NCBI GenBank assembly: GCA_951406725.2
Contig: OX597830.1
Span: 65,038,001 to 65,102,000 of the forward strand
Reading direction: 5' to 3'
Origin: Octopus vulgaris
Taxonomy: Eukaryota
Length of the DNA: 64,000 nt
Shown piece after piece: positions 42,703 to 55,630 of this stretch. How positions within the stretch are numbered: the first letter of the stretch is position 1; every line of letters starts with the position of its first letter. Both the position numbers and the translations under genes were made by a program. The notes under the pieces were generated by a model, which worked only from the letters and a program-made list of their open reading frames with translations, ran no database searches and was not told where the DNA came from.

Positions 42703-42736
<34 letters not shown>

Positions 42737-43150
42737 TTGATGTATGTGTGCATGCATGCATCTATGCTTGTGTTAAGGTGTGAATATCTATAGATATATA
42801 TGTATGTATACCTATATATCTAATTATACATTGATGTGAATATATATATACATACATAAATACATACTATGTATATATATATATAAATATATATACAGAT
42901 ATATAGATAGATACTTTTTTCCTTTTAATCTTTTACTTGTTTCAGTCATTTGAATGCGGCCATGCTGAGGCACCACCTTAAGTCGAATAAATCGACCCCA
43001 AAACTTATTCTTCGTTAGTCTAGTACTTATTCTGTGCTAAGTAACGGGATGTAAACACACCAGCGTCGGTTGTCAAGAGATGGTGCGGGGATAAACACAG
43101 ACACACAAATACATAAACACACACATACACGCACACACACATACACACAC

Positions 43151-43231
<81 letters not shown>

Positions 43232-43518
43232 CGACGGGCTTCTTTCAGTTTCCGTGTAGCAAATCTATTTAGAAGTCTTTGGTAGGCCCAAGGCACTTGC
43301 TCGAGGTGCCACTACGGGACACCTTCGGCAAAAATTTTATATTTATATATTTATGTATATACATACAGGAGTCCATATATGTATATGTGTATGCATATAT
43401 GAATATATATATATACATATATATATATATGTGTGTGTGTGTATTTAGTATGATTGGTGATCGGTTACGTGAAATATTGAGATAGTTTGTGAAGTTTTTA
43501 AGTTTCACCAAAACACAC

Positions 43519-43618
<100 letters not shown>

Positions 43619-43643
43619 CATACATACATACATACACACACAC

Positions 43644-43686
<43 letters not shown>

Positions 43687-44360
43687 CATAATATATATAC
43701 GCACACAAACGCACATACACATGCATATATGTGTGTGTGTGTGTTTGTAAGTATACGAATAGATCAACAGATAGATACATGGATAGGTAGATAGATAGAT
43801 AGTAGCTAGATAGATAGATAGATAGATAGAAAGATATACATATATATATACACACACATAATATACATATATAGGTATATGTATGTGTGTGTGTATATAT
43901 ATGTGTGTGTGCATATATATATGTATATATGTATATATATATATGTGTGTGTGCGCGCGCTTATGTGTGTATATATGCATGTATGTATGTATGGATGGAT
44001 GGATAGATGGATTTCTACATATATGCGCAACACTTTCAGGAAACCGAACCAAACCAATAGTTCTTAAACAGTAAGCTTTCGTTTTAAAGTATGGATATAT
44101 CGTATGACCTATTCCTCCGAATCAACCAACAACATGTGTAACAACACCAAAACAACAAACGCAAGGAAAACAACAAGAACAATGACAGCAAGAATAATAG
44201 TAGCAGCACCAAAAAAAAAAGAGACTATGATTAATATAATACCAACGACAATCACACCAACAAGAACAACAGTTACAGGAAAAACAGCGACAATAGTAAA
44301 GACATGCCAATTACAACAAATAAAAATAGTCGGCAAAACAGAACAACAAAGTCAGTAAGT

Positions 44361-44529
44361 GGCAGGAGTGGCTGTGTGGTAAGTAGCTTGCTAACCAACC
44401 ACACGGTTCCGGGTTCAGTTCCACTGCGTGGCATCTTGGGCAAGTGTCTTCTACTATAGCCTCGGGCCGACCAATGCCTTGTGAGTGGATTTGGTAGACG
44501 GAAACTGAAAGAAGCCTGTCGTATATATG

Positions 44530-44566
<37 letters not shown>

Positions 44567-44773
44567 GTGTCTGTGTTTGTCCCCCTAGCATTGCTTGACA
44601 ACCGATGCTGGTTTGTTTACGTCCCCGTTACTTTGCGGTTCGGCAAAAGAGACCGATAGAATAAGTACTGGGCTTACAATGAATAAGTCCCGGGGTCGAT
44701 TTGCTCGACTAAAGGCGGTGCTCCAGCATGGCCGCAGTCAAATGACTGAAACAAGTAAAAGAGTAAAAGAGTA
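44361..44773 (+). mobile_element. SINE family A, young full-length copy
   Basis: Near-identical to 25115-25534. Confidence 0.95.
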
Positions 44774-45099
44774 ATAATGCGAATGATATTAACACAAGCA
44801 TAACAACATCGTAACGTGCGCAGCAAAACCGAAGAGAAATTTAATCATAACAGCGGTACAACAAGAATATAAGAACAACAATTACGTCGATAACAGCAGA
44901 ATAACAACGGTGATATATGCCATCTGACATCATACAATTAGGCTGTATTGTAAACAAACTGCTCCATATGTTTTTGTCGTGGTGTAAATACAAACAAATG
45001 GGCGGTGTGTGTATACACCTGATATAGCGTTGTTATACTTCCTCTTTGCCCACGCACAGGAAATATATATGTACATCTGAGCCTGCCTGCGTGTGTTCG

Positions 45100-45148
<49 letters not shown>

Positions 45149-45444
45149 ACACTTCTTATAGTTTGGATTATGTATCGCTGTGTCTGTGTTGGATATTCTA
45201 ATTTGTATCTGCCTATGCGTGTGTCAAGTGTGAATGCGTGTGTGCACGTGTGTGTATGTGTATGTATGTGCGTGAGTGTGCACTCATGTGTGTGTGTGTG
45301 TATGTGCTTGTATGTGAGTATGTTTGTTTGTAACGCATAATGTAACGCATACATATATATATATATATATATATAAATCAGTTGTTGATAGTTCGATAGG
45401 TAAAGAGGTGGACGTGTGTATGTGGCCGTATTTGGTACTGGATA

Positions 45445-45630
45445 TTGGATCTCTTCCTGCCAAGGGTTCCAAGCGAGCCTACCTCACTGCAGGATATACA
45501 GACGAGGATAGCGGCATCAAACTCCCTCATTGACCAAATGCCACATGTCAGAGGGGGTTTCAAATAATGCTGTGTAGCACAGTCAACGGTGGTGCTCCAG
45601 CATGACCGCAGCTTTGAAACTGAAATGTTT
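45445..45630 (+). pseudogene. 3' end of a CR1/L2-group LINE (ORF end plus tail shared with SINE A)
   Basis: 45445-45567 translates LDLFLPRVPSEPTSLQDIQTRIAASNSLIDQMPHVRGGFK*; followed by ggtggtgctccagcatgaccgcag...actgaaa. Confidence 0.8.
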
Positions 45631-45638
45631 TTAAAGAT

Positions 45639-45676
<38 letters not shown>

Positions 45677-46312
45677 CGTTTGCATGTGTAGGAATATATT
45701 TTTAGTTGTACATGCAATTGTGTATACATACATACACACATGCTTATACACACGTCTATATATATATATATATATATATATTCATGTATATATGTCTGTA
45801 CACACACATACATATACATGTGTGTTAGTTTGCACATGTGCATGATTGTGTGTGTGTGCGTGCGTGTGTGTGTGTGTGTGAGTGTGTGTGTGTGCGTGTG
45901 TGTGAGTGTGAGTGTGTGAGTGTGTGTGTGAGTGTGTGTGTGTGTATGTGTGTATTTGCATGAGTAATGCTTGTATGTCAGTGGAGTGGAATTGCACGTG
46001 ATATAGATTATCCCGATGTCAGCTGCTCCGATTGGATGCTTGGCATGTGGCCAGTCACACACCAATGGTCGATAGTCAGCAGAAACGCCGAAGAATCGCT
46101 AGACGGAACAAAGGAGCGTTGCTTTGCAAAAATATTAGATTAAAGCCTTTAGTTCTGAACCGTTTTCGTTCTGAACGCCCGTAACCCGTTGCCGGCAGTT
46201 GTAGTTTGTCTGTGGGAGGAGATGGTGAGGTGTGCCATAAATCAGCTGAAGTGATCGAAGAGAGATCTATGGTTGGTGTATTAACATCTCCACTTCCACC
46301 ATCACAGATGTA

Positions 46313-46861
46313 CACTACCGTCAGAAATTAATTAGCACCCTTGATTTGCTCACCATGAAGCATGGTGGGGGTGGTCTGATGGTGTGAGGGGCGCTCAGCT
46401 ACAGTGGTGCTGGGCGGCTCTATGCCGTCGAAGGCAACATCAACGCAGCAAAGTACGTTGAGATAGTACGGGATACCTCTTTGGTGGCGAGGAGTACGTG
46501 CTGGCCAGTCACCTGACCTGAACCCTATTGAGAACCTCTGGAGTCGATTGGGTAGGGATTTGAATGTGCAGCAATACAGGAACCGACACGAGCTGTTTGG
46601 GGCACTTCTTGCTGCACAGTACCTGCAGGCACTCATAGACAGCATGCCGACCCGCGTAGCAGCTGTCATTGCTGCCAAAGGAGGTGCAACAAGATATTGA
46701 CTAAATTTCACGATTAATAACAATTATGTGGTGAGCTGGGATATGTTTTAATAAATTTTTAATTAAAAACGAGTTCGTTTCTGATAATAAGTTAATTAAA
46801 TTAAGAAAATGTAAGAAAATGTAGAAATTTGAGAAGTGCTAATTAATTTCCGACGCAAGTG
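46313..46861 (+). mobile_element. Internally deleted Tc1-family DNA transposon with transposase remnants
   Basis: TA|cactaccgtcagaaattaattagcac ... gtgctaattaatttccgacgcaagtg|TA (23/26 TIR); peptides KHGGGGLMV*GALSYSG...NAAKY and QSPDLNPIENLW...LIDSMPTRVAAVIAAKGGATRY*. Confidence 0.95.
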
Positions 46862-46869
46862 TATATATA

Positions 46870-47233
46870 CTCTTTTCCTCTTTTACTTGTTTCAGTCATT
46901 TGACTGCGGCCATGCTGGAGCAACGCCTTTAATCGAGCAACTCGACCCCGGGACTTATTCTTTTGTAAGCCCAGTACTTATTCTATCGGTCTCTTTTGCC
47001 GAACCGCTTGGTAACGGGGACATAAACACACCAGCATCGGTTGTCAAGCAATGCTAGGGGTACAAACACAGACACACAAACACACACACGCATATATACA
47101 TATATACGACGGGCTTCTTTCAGTTTCCGTCTACCAAATCCACTCACAAGGCTTTGGTTGGCCTGAGGCTATAGTAGAAGACACTTGCCCAAGGTGCCAC
47201 GCAGTGGGACTGAACCCGGAACCATGTGGTTGG
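46870..47233 (-). mobile_element. SINE family A (head truncated)
   Basis: Reverse complement of the consensus body and tail. Confidence 0.9.
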
Positions 47234-47290
47234 TCATACAGCCATATATATATAGTGTTATTCTTTTATTCCTTTGCATGTACACTATGT

Positions 47291-47441
47291 ACATTATTTA
47301 CATTTGACGGATATTTGTCCCCATCTTGTTTGTTAACACAGCGTTTCAGCTGAGATATCCCTTACCCTTCATCAGGCGTTTTGAAGGAATTTCGAACCTG
47401 GGTTCTCATTACTAAGGTATTTCTCGATGCTGTTGTTGTTG

Positions 47442-47529
<88 letters not shown>

Positions 47530-47564
47530 CATTATTATTATTATTATCATTATTATTATTATTA

Positions 47565-47595
<31 letters not shown>

Positions 47596-47596
47596 A

Positions 47597-47649
<53 letters not shown>

Positions 47650-47666
47650 CATTATTATTATTATTA

Positions 47667-47697
<31 letters not shown>

Positions 47698-47744
47698 CAT
47701 CATTATTATTATTATTATCATTATTATTATTATTATTATTATTA

Positions 47745-47800
<56 letters not shown>

Positions 47801-47884
47801 ATTCAGCCCACTGCTTGTGGTTAAGGGCGCGAGCTACTAACCCCAAGATTCCTAGTTCGATTCCAAGTAGTGATCTGAATGATG

Positions 47885-47957
<73 letters not shown>

Positions 47958-48092
47958 CTACAACAACAACTACTACATCGAAAAATACTTTACGAACCCA
48001 GGTTCGAAATTTCCCCCAAGACATCTGATGAAGACTGGACGGTATATCAGCCGAAACGATCAGGACAAATATCCGTCAAATGTAAATAATGT
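47291..48092. mobile_element. Inverted pair of a tRNA-headed, (AAT)n-containing, hammerhead-tailed element
   Basis: tRNA-like core at 47818-47864 (tggttaagg A box, ggg/ccc-type anticodon arm around ctactaa, agttcgattcc B box); arms 47291-47817 (-) and 47864-48092 (+) are reverse complements of each other and each contains CTGATGA...GAAAC. Confidence 0.8.
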
Positions 48093-48119
48093 TAATATTG
48101 TACTAGAACTGTAGTATCC

Positions 48120-48540
48120 TTTGCTTGTATCAGTCATTTGACTGCAACCATGCTGGAGCACCGCCTTGAAGGGTCTTAGTCGAACAAATTGACCGCAGGA
48201 CTTAATTGTTTTAAGCCTAGTACTTACTCTATCGTTCTCTTTTGCCGAACCGCAAAGTTACGGTAACTGAAATACACACCAATACCAGTGAATATGTCAA
48301 GCGGTGATGAGGGAACAAAGACAGACACAAAGACACATATACATAGACATACACACATAGACACACACACACACACACATACACATATACATACATATAT
48401 ATATATGTATGACGGGCTTCTTTCATTTTCCGTCAACCAGATCTACTCACAAAGCGTTGATCGTCTTGAGGCTATAAGTAAGAGACACTTGCCCAAGGTG
48501 CTACGCAATGGGATTGAACCCAGAGCCATGTGGTTAGGAA
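48120..48540 (-). mobile_element. SINE family A (diverged), followed by a C-head/D-tail SINE at 48555-48835 (+)
   Basis: Module matches described for the families above. Confidence 0.8.
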
Positions 48541-49007
48541 GCGTGTAGATGTGCGTGAAGGTTCATGGTCTAGTGTTTAGGACGTTGCAGAGGCTAGATC
48601 GGTGGTTCGATCCACCGACCTGGCGGCGCTTGAGTTCTTGTGCAAAAGACAACGGTTTTCGTTACTCCAGTCTACTCAGCTGTAAATGGATAACCAAGCG
48701 ACGGAAGTGCCTTCCATTCAGTGTGGAATGTTGGGTTGCTGCCTTAGTCAGCGGGGTGGCATCATTCGAAAAGCTCAAACAATACGAAGCGCATTGTGAC
48801 CATCGATATATATCAATATTCGTGAGTTTGGCTGATATATATATATATAAAGAGAGAGAGGGGAGGGAGAGAGAAAAGAGAGAGAGAAAGAGAGAATGTG
48901 CCCCTGAATAAAGCGTGCGTCCCTAGTTAAGACTGTCCATCTCTCAAAGATTTTCAATTTAACAGAGTGGACGGTTTGGAAGTGGTCATGGGATTCCGAT
49001 GAAAACA

Positions 49008-49100
<93 letters not shown>

Positions 49101-49717
49101 ACATAAATGTGAAACAAAGTGGAAAAAGAGTACTAAATACCAGTGGTAGAGTAATATGCTTTATTTAAAGCAGCAGAAAATACAACAAAACCTGTTACTC
49201 TGTCTCAAAAATGTAATTTTATCTTTATTTTTATGTGTATATTTACATATGTACCAACTAATCGTGTCATTTGCTTTTGTAACCGTCCTTTACTTTCCCT
49301 GCGATATTTTGCTGTTGATGCCGCCAAAACGAACAATCTTTTCGTTAAAGACGCGAAACTGCTACGAATTTTTGACGATAACTGATGAGGGAGGTGCATG
49401 TCCACGTCTTTTGTTTGAATTTTCCCTGTGTTCTTTTGTCGTCCTCCTTCGCGATTTTGAAATATATACATACATACATACATACATACATACATAAATA
49501 TATATATATATATATATATATATCCACACGCATTCACACACGCACGTATACACACACACGCACACACACACAAACACACACACATATAAGTATACATAAG
49601 CATACCACACACGCACACATATGCAAGCACCATAAAAACACTCACACGCAAGCAGAAGGCTCATCATAAACACACTAAACTCCCTCCCCCCTTCCCTGCC
49701 TCACATACATAATGAGT

Positions 49718-49913
49718 CAAATTTTGGCACAAGCCCAGCAATTTAGGAGGGAGTGGGGAGTCAATTATATCGACCATAGTACTCAACTGGTACATATTTA
49801 ATTGACACTGAAGGCATTAAAGGTAAAGTTGACCACGGCGGAATTTGAACTCAGAACGTAAAACGGACGAAATGCCTTGGAGCACTTTTGTCCGGATCGG
49901 CGCCTTGATGATG

Positions 49914-49982
<69 letters not shown>

Positions 49983-51930
49983 TTTTCTACTAAAGGTATA
50001 AGGCCTGATATTCTGGGAGAGGTATCAAGTCCACTCTATCCCCCTCAGTTCATGACTGGTACTTAATTTATCGACCCCGAAAGAATGAAAGGCAAAGTCG
50101 ACCTCGGCGGAATTTGAACTCTGAACGTAATGGCAGATGAAATATCGCAAAGCATTTTGCTCGGCGTTATAACGATTCTTTTCTACTCTAGGCACAACGC
50201 CCGAAATTTTGGGGAAGGGAGCCAGTCGATTAGATCGACCCCAATACGCAACTGGTACTTAATTTATCGACCTCGAAAGGATGAAAGGGAAAGTCGACCT
50301 CGGCAGAATTTGAACCCAGAACGTAAAGACAGACGAAATGCCGCAAAGAATTTTGCCCAGCGTGCTAACGATTCTGTCAGCTCACCGACCTTGGGATTTG
50401 AACTCCGAATAACGAAACACTGCTAAGCATTTTTCTCAGCGTACTAACGTCTTTGCCAGCTCGCTGCCTTCATATATACATAATATACGCATAAACATAC
50501 ACACATGCTCACAAATAGCAATACCATCGCCCCCCAAACATTTACACAGAGATAGAAACACATACATATACACACGCACGCGCGCGCAACCGAACGCTGT
50601 TTAACTTACTCTTACTCGTTTACTCCTTTACTTGTTTCAGTCATGTGACTGTGGCCATGCTGGAGCACCGCCTTTAGTCGAGCAAATCGACCCCAGGACT
50701 TATTCTTTGTAAGCCTAGTACTTATTCTATCGGTCTCTCTTGCCGGGCTTCTTTCAGTTTCCGTCTACTGAAATCCACTCATTTGTCCAAGGTGTCATGC
50801 AATGGGACTGAACCCGGAACTATGTAGTTGGGAAGCAAACTTCTTACCACACAGCCACGCCGGGAGCGCCTTTCATCGTTTCCGAGGTCGACTTTGCCTT
50901 TCATCCTTTCGGGGTCGATTAAATAAGTACCAGTTACGCACTGGAGTCAATATAATCGACTTCATTCGTTGTCTGTCCTTGTTTGTCCTCTCTGTGTGTA
51001 GCCCCTTGTGGGTAGTAAAGAAATAGATATTTCGTCTGTCGCTACGTTCTGAGTTCAAATTCCGCCGAGGTCGACTTTGCCTTTCAACCTTTCGGGATCG
51101 ATAAATTAAGTAACAGTCCAGTACCAATACAAACTTACCCCAGGCCGAGTGCCAGTGTCCGAGTCAATTATTATTCAGGTATAATATGTAGATGCGGACA
51201 TGGCTGGATTGCTTCCTACCCACATGATTCCTGGTTCAGTCCCACTGCGTGGAACCCTCGATAAGTGTTTTCTACTATAGCTTCGGGTCGACCAAAGCTT
51301 TATGAGTGAATTTGATTGATGAAAACTGAAAGAAGCTCGTCGTGTGTGTGTGTGTGTGTCCTCTTCCTCACTGCTTGACAACTGGTGTTTGTTTCTCTAC
51401 ATAGCGGCTCGGCAATAGTGAACCGATAGAATAAGAACCACTCTTAAGAAAATAGATATGTATAGAGTCGATTTGTTCGACTGAAAAGTATCCAAGGTGT
51501 GTGGGGGGGGGGTGAAGGAAGTGGTGATTTTGATTGGCCAATTGTTCGCCGAGAGATTTGTATTTTCTTATGAATATTCTTTTATGTAAGGCGGCGAATT
51601 ATCAAAATTGGTAGGTCGACGGGAAACAATGGTTAATGATCTTTCTTCTTCCTTTGCGTTTTAAGTTCAAATTTCGCCGAGGTCAGCTTTGCTTTCCAGC
51701 TCTTCGAGGTCAATGAAATAAGCACCAGTCGAGTATTGGGTTCCATGTTATCGACTTAACACCGCCCCCCACGCCCGAAATTGCTGGCCTTGTGCCAAAA
51801 TTAAAAACCAATATTTTTTTTTATGTAAAGCGTGGAGCTGGCAGTATCGTTCGCGCACTTGGCAACACCGGTCTTTACGTTCTGAGTTCAAATTCCGCCA
51901 AGGTCGACTTTGCCTTTCATCCTTTCGAGA
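49718..51930. mobile_element. Dense cluster of nested SINE A and B fragments
   Basis: At least 7 family-B central domains in both orientations; A fragments at 50605-50865 (-) and 51195-51500 (+). Confidence 0.85.
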
Positions 51931-52363
51931 ACAATAAAAGACTGCCCAGATGCTGACCTACCCTCCTCACAAGCTCACAAGCTGCAATAAACAGTCTATA
52001 TAAATACAGGTAAATATAAGTAATCGTGTAGGTAAAACTGTTGAAGAGTACCACCAATCGGGATTCAATTCCAGGGAATTGTAATCAAAGCAGATACGAT
52101 AGTATAGGGATAGGAAAGTTATTGAAAACATAATTAATGATAATGATCCTCATGATGACGGCGGTGGTGATGGTATTGGGTGTGGTGTTGATGATGATCA
52201 TAATGGTGATGGTGATGGTGGTGGGAGCATTAGGCAGTTAGGTGGTGATGACGATGGTGATGATGATGATGAAACTGATAGTGAAGGCATTGATGGTAAT
52301 GAAGAATATAAGGACGAATTAGGAAGAAAGATAAGATGGTGGAAGAAGCAGAGGAAGAAGAAT

Positions 52364-52965
52364 AAGGCGGCGAGCTGGCAGAAACGTTAGCACGCCGGAC
52401 GAAATGCTGAGCGGTATTTCGTCTGCCGCTACGTTGTGAGTTCAAATTCCGCTGAGGTCGACTTTGCCTTTCATCCTTTCGGAGTCAATAAATTAAGTAC
52501 CAGTTACGCACTGGTGTCGATATAATCGACTTAATCCGTCTGTCTGTCGTTGTTTGTTTCCTCTGTGTTTAGCCCCTTGTGGGTGGTAAAGAAATAGGTA
52601 TTTCGTCTGTCGCTACGTTCTGAGTTCAAATTCCGCCGAGGTCGACTTTGCCTTTCATCCTTTCGGAGTCAATAAATTAAGTACCAGTTACGCACTGGTG
52701 TCGATATAATCGACTTAATCCGTCTGTCTGTCGTTGTTTGTTTCCTCTGTGTTTAGCCCCTTGTGGGTGGTAAAGAAATAGGTATTTCGTCTGTCGCTAC
52801 GTTCTGAGTTCAAATTCCGCCGAGGTCGACTTTGCCTTTCAACCTTTCGGAGTCGATAAATTAAGTACCAGTTTCGCACTGGAGTCGATATAATCGACAA
52901 TCCCTTTGTCTGTCTTTGTGTGTCCCCTGTATGTTTAGCCCCTTGTGGGCAATAAAGAAATAAGA
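52364..52965 (+). mobile_element. SINE family B trimer (184 bp period)
   Basis: gtatttcgtctg starts at 52414, 52598 and 52782; units 1 and 2 are nearly identical. Confidence 0.95.
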
Positions 52966-53187
52966 AGATATTGATGAATAAAAAGAAAAAGGTGAATGAG
53001 AAGAAGAAGGAGGAGGAGGAAGAGAAGAAGAAGAGTCAGCAGTATTGTAACCTCTGTCGTCACCACTGCGACTACGACTATTCTATTTTTGTTTATAAAC
53101 AACATTATCACGTGCCATCAAGAAAGCCTTTAACGAGTCGATATACCTTGCCTGCTAGAAGTAGCAATCAAATATGTATATCACTTG

Positions 53188-53291
<104 letters not shown>

Positions 53292-54404
53292 AAGAAGAAG
53301 AAAGGAAGGATGTTGTGCATAACGCATAACACTCGCAGATACGACGAGATGGTTACGACTGGAGTGCCTTTCAGCAGATGGTCTAATGAATTAGAGCTGA
53401 ACGTAATGGAAACTACCACCGCCACCGCACCACCACCACCACCACCACCACCACCACCACCACCACCACCACCACTACCACCACCACCACCACCTCTACC
53501 AGCACCTCCAGCACCACCACCATCACCATCATCGTCATCGTCTTCATCGTTACCACTGGATATTATACTCCTACATACACTATGAATAAAAAATAAATAA
53601 ATAAAAAGCGAGGCAGTCAGAACTGGAGCGGCTTTGATCACAGGTCCGTTGGATTATAGGATTGCTCGACCCAGGGTTAAACAGCAATAACACCAGCAAA
53701 CTAGGAACAATATTTTGCGTTTACTATATTCGTTGTATAGATCCAGCTCAGTCCTGATAGAGGGTACCAATGATCAATGACGTTCCACCCGTGACCATGC
53801 CGTCTATGTGTGTTAATAGTCCATTACCTCCGGTTTTCTTTTACCTTCTAGAAGGTAGAGTGTGCTCTGAGGGAACTTTGGTGCTCTTTCTAGCAAGTCA
53901 AAAGGCTGCGTAGATGCGCCTTCGTTGACTTCTGTAGGTGTGGGGGGGGAGAGAGGAAACGTGTGCGTCTGTTTCTATGTATGCGTGCTTGTGTGTCTAC
54001 ATGTGTGTGTGTGTTTGTGTGTGGTAAGTTGATAGTAAGTGGGTTGGATAGGTGTGTCACGGATCATGCCGGATCTAAGCGCGATATTTCTACTCCTACG
54101 CCACGGCTTCACTCATCAAACTCCAACCAACGCCGCCGCTGCCACCACCGCCACCGCCACCGCCACTACCGCCATTTCCAGCACCGCTACCACCACCATT
54201 GTACATCAGCGTTGTTTGGGCATGATCGATTGCGTGGATGCCAGACGTTCGTGTTCTATGTATGTATGTATGTATGTATGTATGTATGTATGTATGTATG
54301 TATGTATGTATGTATGTATGTATGTATGTATGTACGTATGTATGTATGTATGTATGTATACACACACACACACACAAACACGCATATATACATTTGTATA
54401 TATA

Positions 54405-54566
54405 GGCGCTGGCGTGGTTGTGTAGTAAGAAGCTTGCTTCCCAACCACATGGTTCCGGGTTCAGTCCCATTGTGTGACACTTTGGGCAAGTGACTTCTAC
54501 TGTAGCCTCGGGCCAACCAAATCCTTGTGAGTGGACCTAGAAAAACGGAAACTGAAAGAAGTCCAT

Positions 54567-54636
<70 letters not shown>

Positions 54637-55630
54637 TTAAGTAGAAAGAATAGCCAAAACTTTTTGACTGCTATTTCTAAATTCGGCGTGTGGTGAGGCA
54701 AATCGTTGCTGAACCCTTAATTAATTAGTATTACTTAAACCTTCCTTGAATGGGTCTTTTACATGCCGAACTCTACTTGGTGAAATTAATGATTATTTCT
54801 AAATTAATTAATTTCACCCTATATTATTGATAAATATGAGATACCGCCATACTGAAAATAGCAACCATGATCTTACTCTAAAACCACCTTTTAGATTCAG
54901 ATCATGGCTGCTATTTTCATTTTGGCGGTATCTGGTAGATACCCTAAGTGATAAATTTAATTATTACCTTTGAAGGTTATTATTTCCATGCTGGCCACTT
55001 GATAAGATCGTTATTTTATTTTAATTTAACGATCCTATCCTTACCTTCGAAACACGCATTGAGTTGAAACAGGGGCAACTGAAGAAGGGGAATATTCCTT
55101 GTATTGTTTGTCTTGTAATCTGTTTTTTCGTTGTTAAAAAAAAGTACGTTTCCTTGTTTGATTTTATGTTTTCGTTTCTCGTTGTGTTCTACGTTTATTT
55201 GTGGTGTCCTGTACTCATATATGCATGTATATATACATATAGATGTAGGTATGTACATATATGTATGTATGTATGCATATGTTTTATTTATTAAATTGTG
55301 TGTGTGTGTATATATATATATATACAGTATATATATATATACACATACATATATATATATAAATGCATATATATATATGTGTGTGTGTGAGTGTGTATTT
55401 ATGCGTGTCTTTGTGTCTATGTTTGCCCTCCCTACCTCACTATCGTTGACAATAGATGTTGGTGTGTTTACGATCCCGTAACTTTGCGATTCGGCAAAAG
55501 AGACCGGTATAATAAGGAGCAGGGTTACAAAGAATAAGTCATGGAGTCAATTATTTCGACTAAAAGGCTCTTTAAGGCGCTGGTCCAGCATGGCCGCAGT
55601 CATATGGCTGAAACAAGTGCTAGAATAAAA
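54405..55630 (+). mobile_element. SINE A split by ~800 bp inserted into its internal microsatellite
   Basis: 5' half at 54405-54570, 3' half at ~55400-55630. Confidence 0.75.
54839..54933. repeat. ~95-bp near-perfect palindrome (MITE-like)
   Basis: agataccgccatactgaaaatagcaaccatgatct / agatcatggctgctattttcattttggcggtatct (32/35) plus inner tctaaaa/ttttaga. Confidence 0.9.

Noticed and set aside
47801-47880. Functional tRNA gene
   Set aside because: There is no proper acceptor stem or D-arm 5' strand, and it is fused to a repeat tail; it is interpreted as a SINE-like head.
52414-52965. CRISPR-like array
   Set aside because: The units are whole 184-bp duplicates with no unique spacers, the context is eukaryotic and there are no cas genes.
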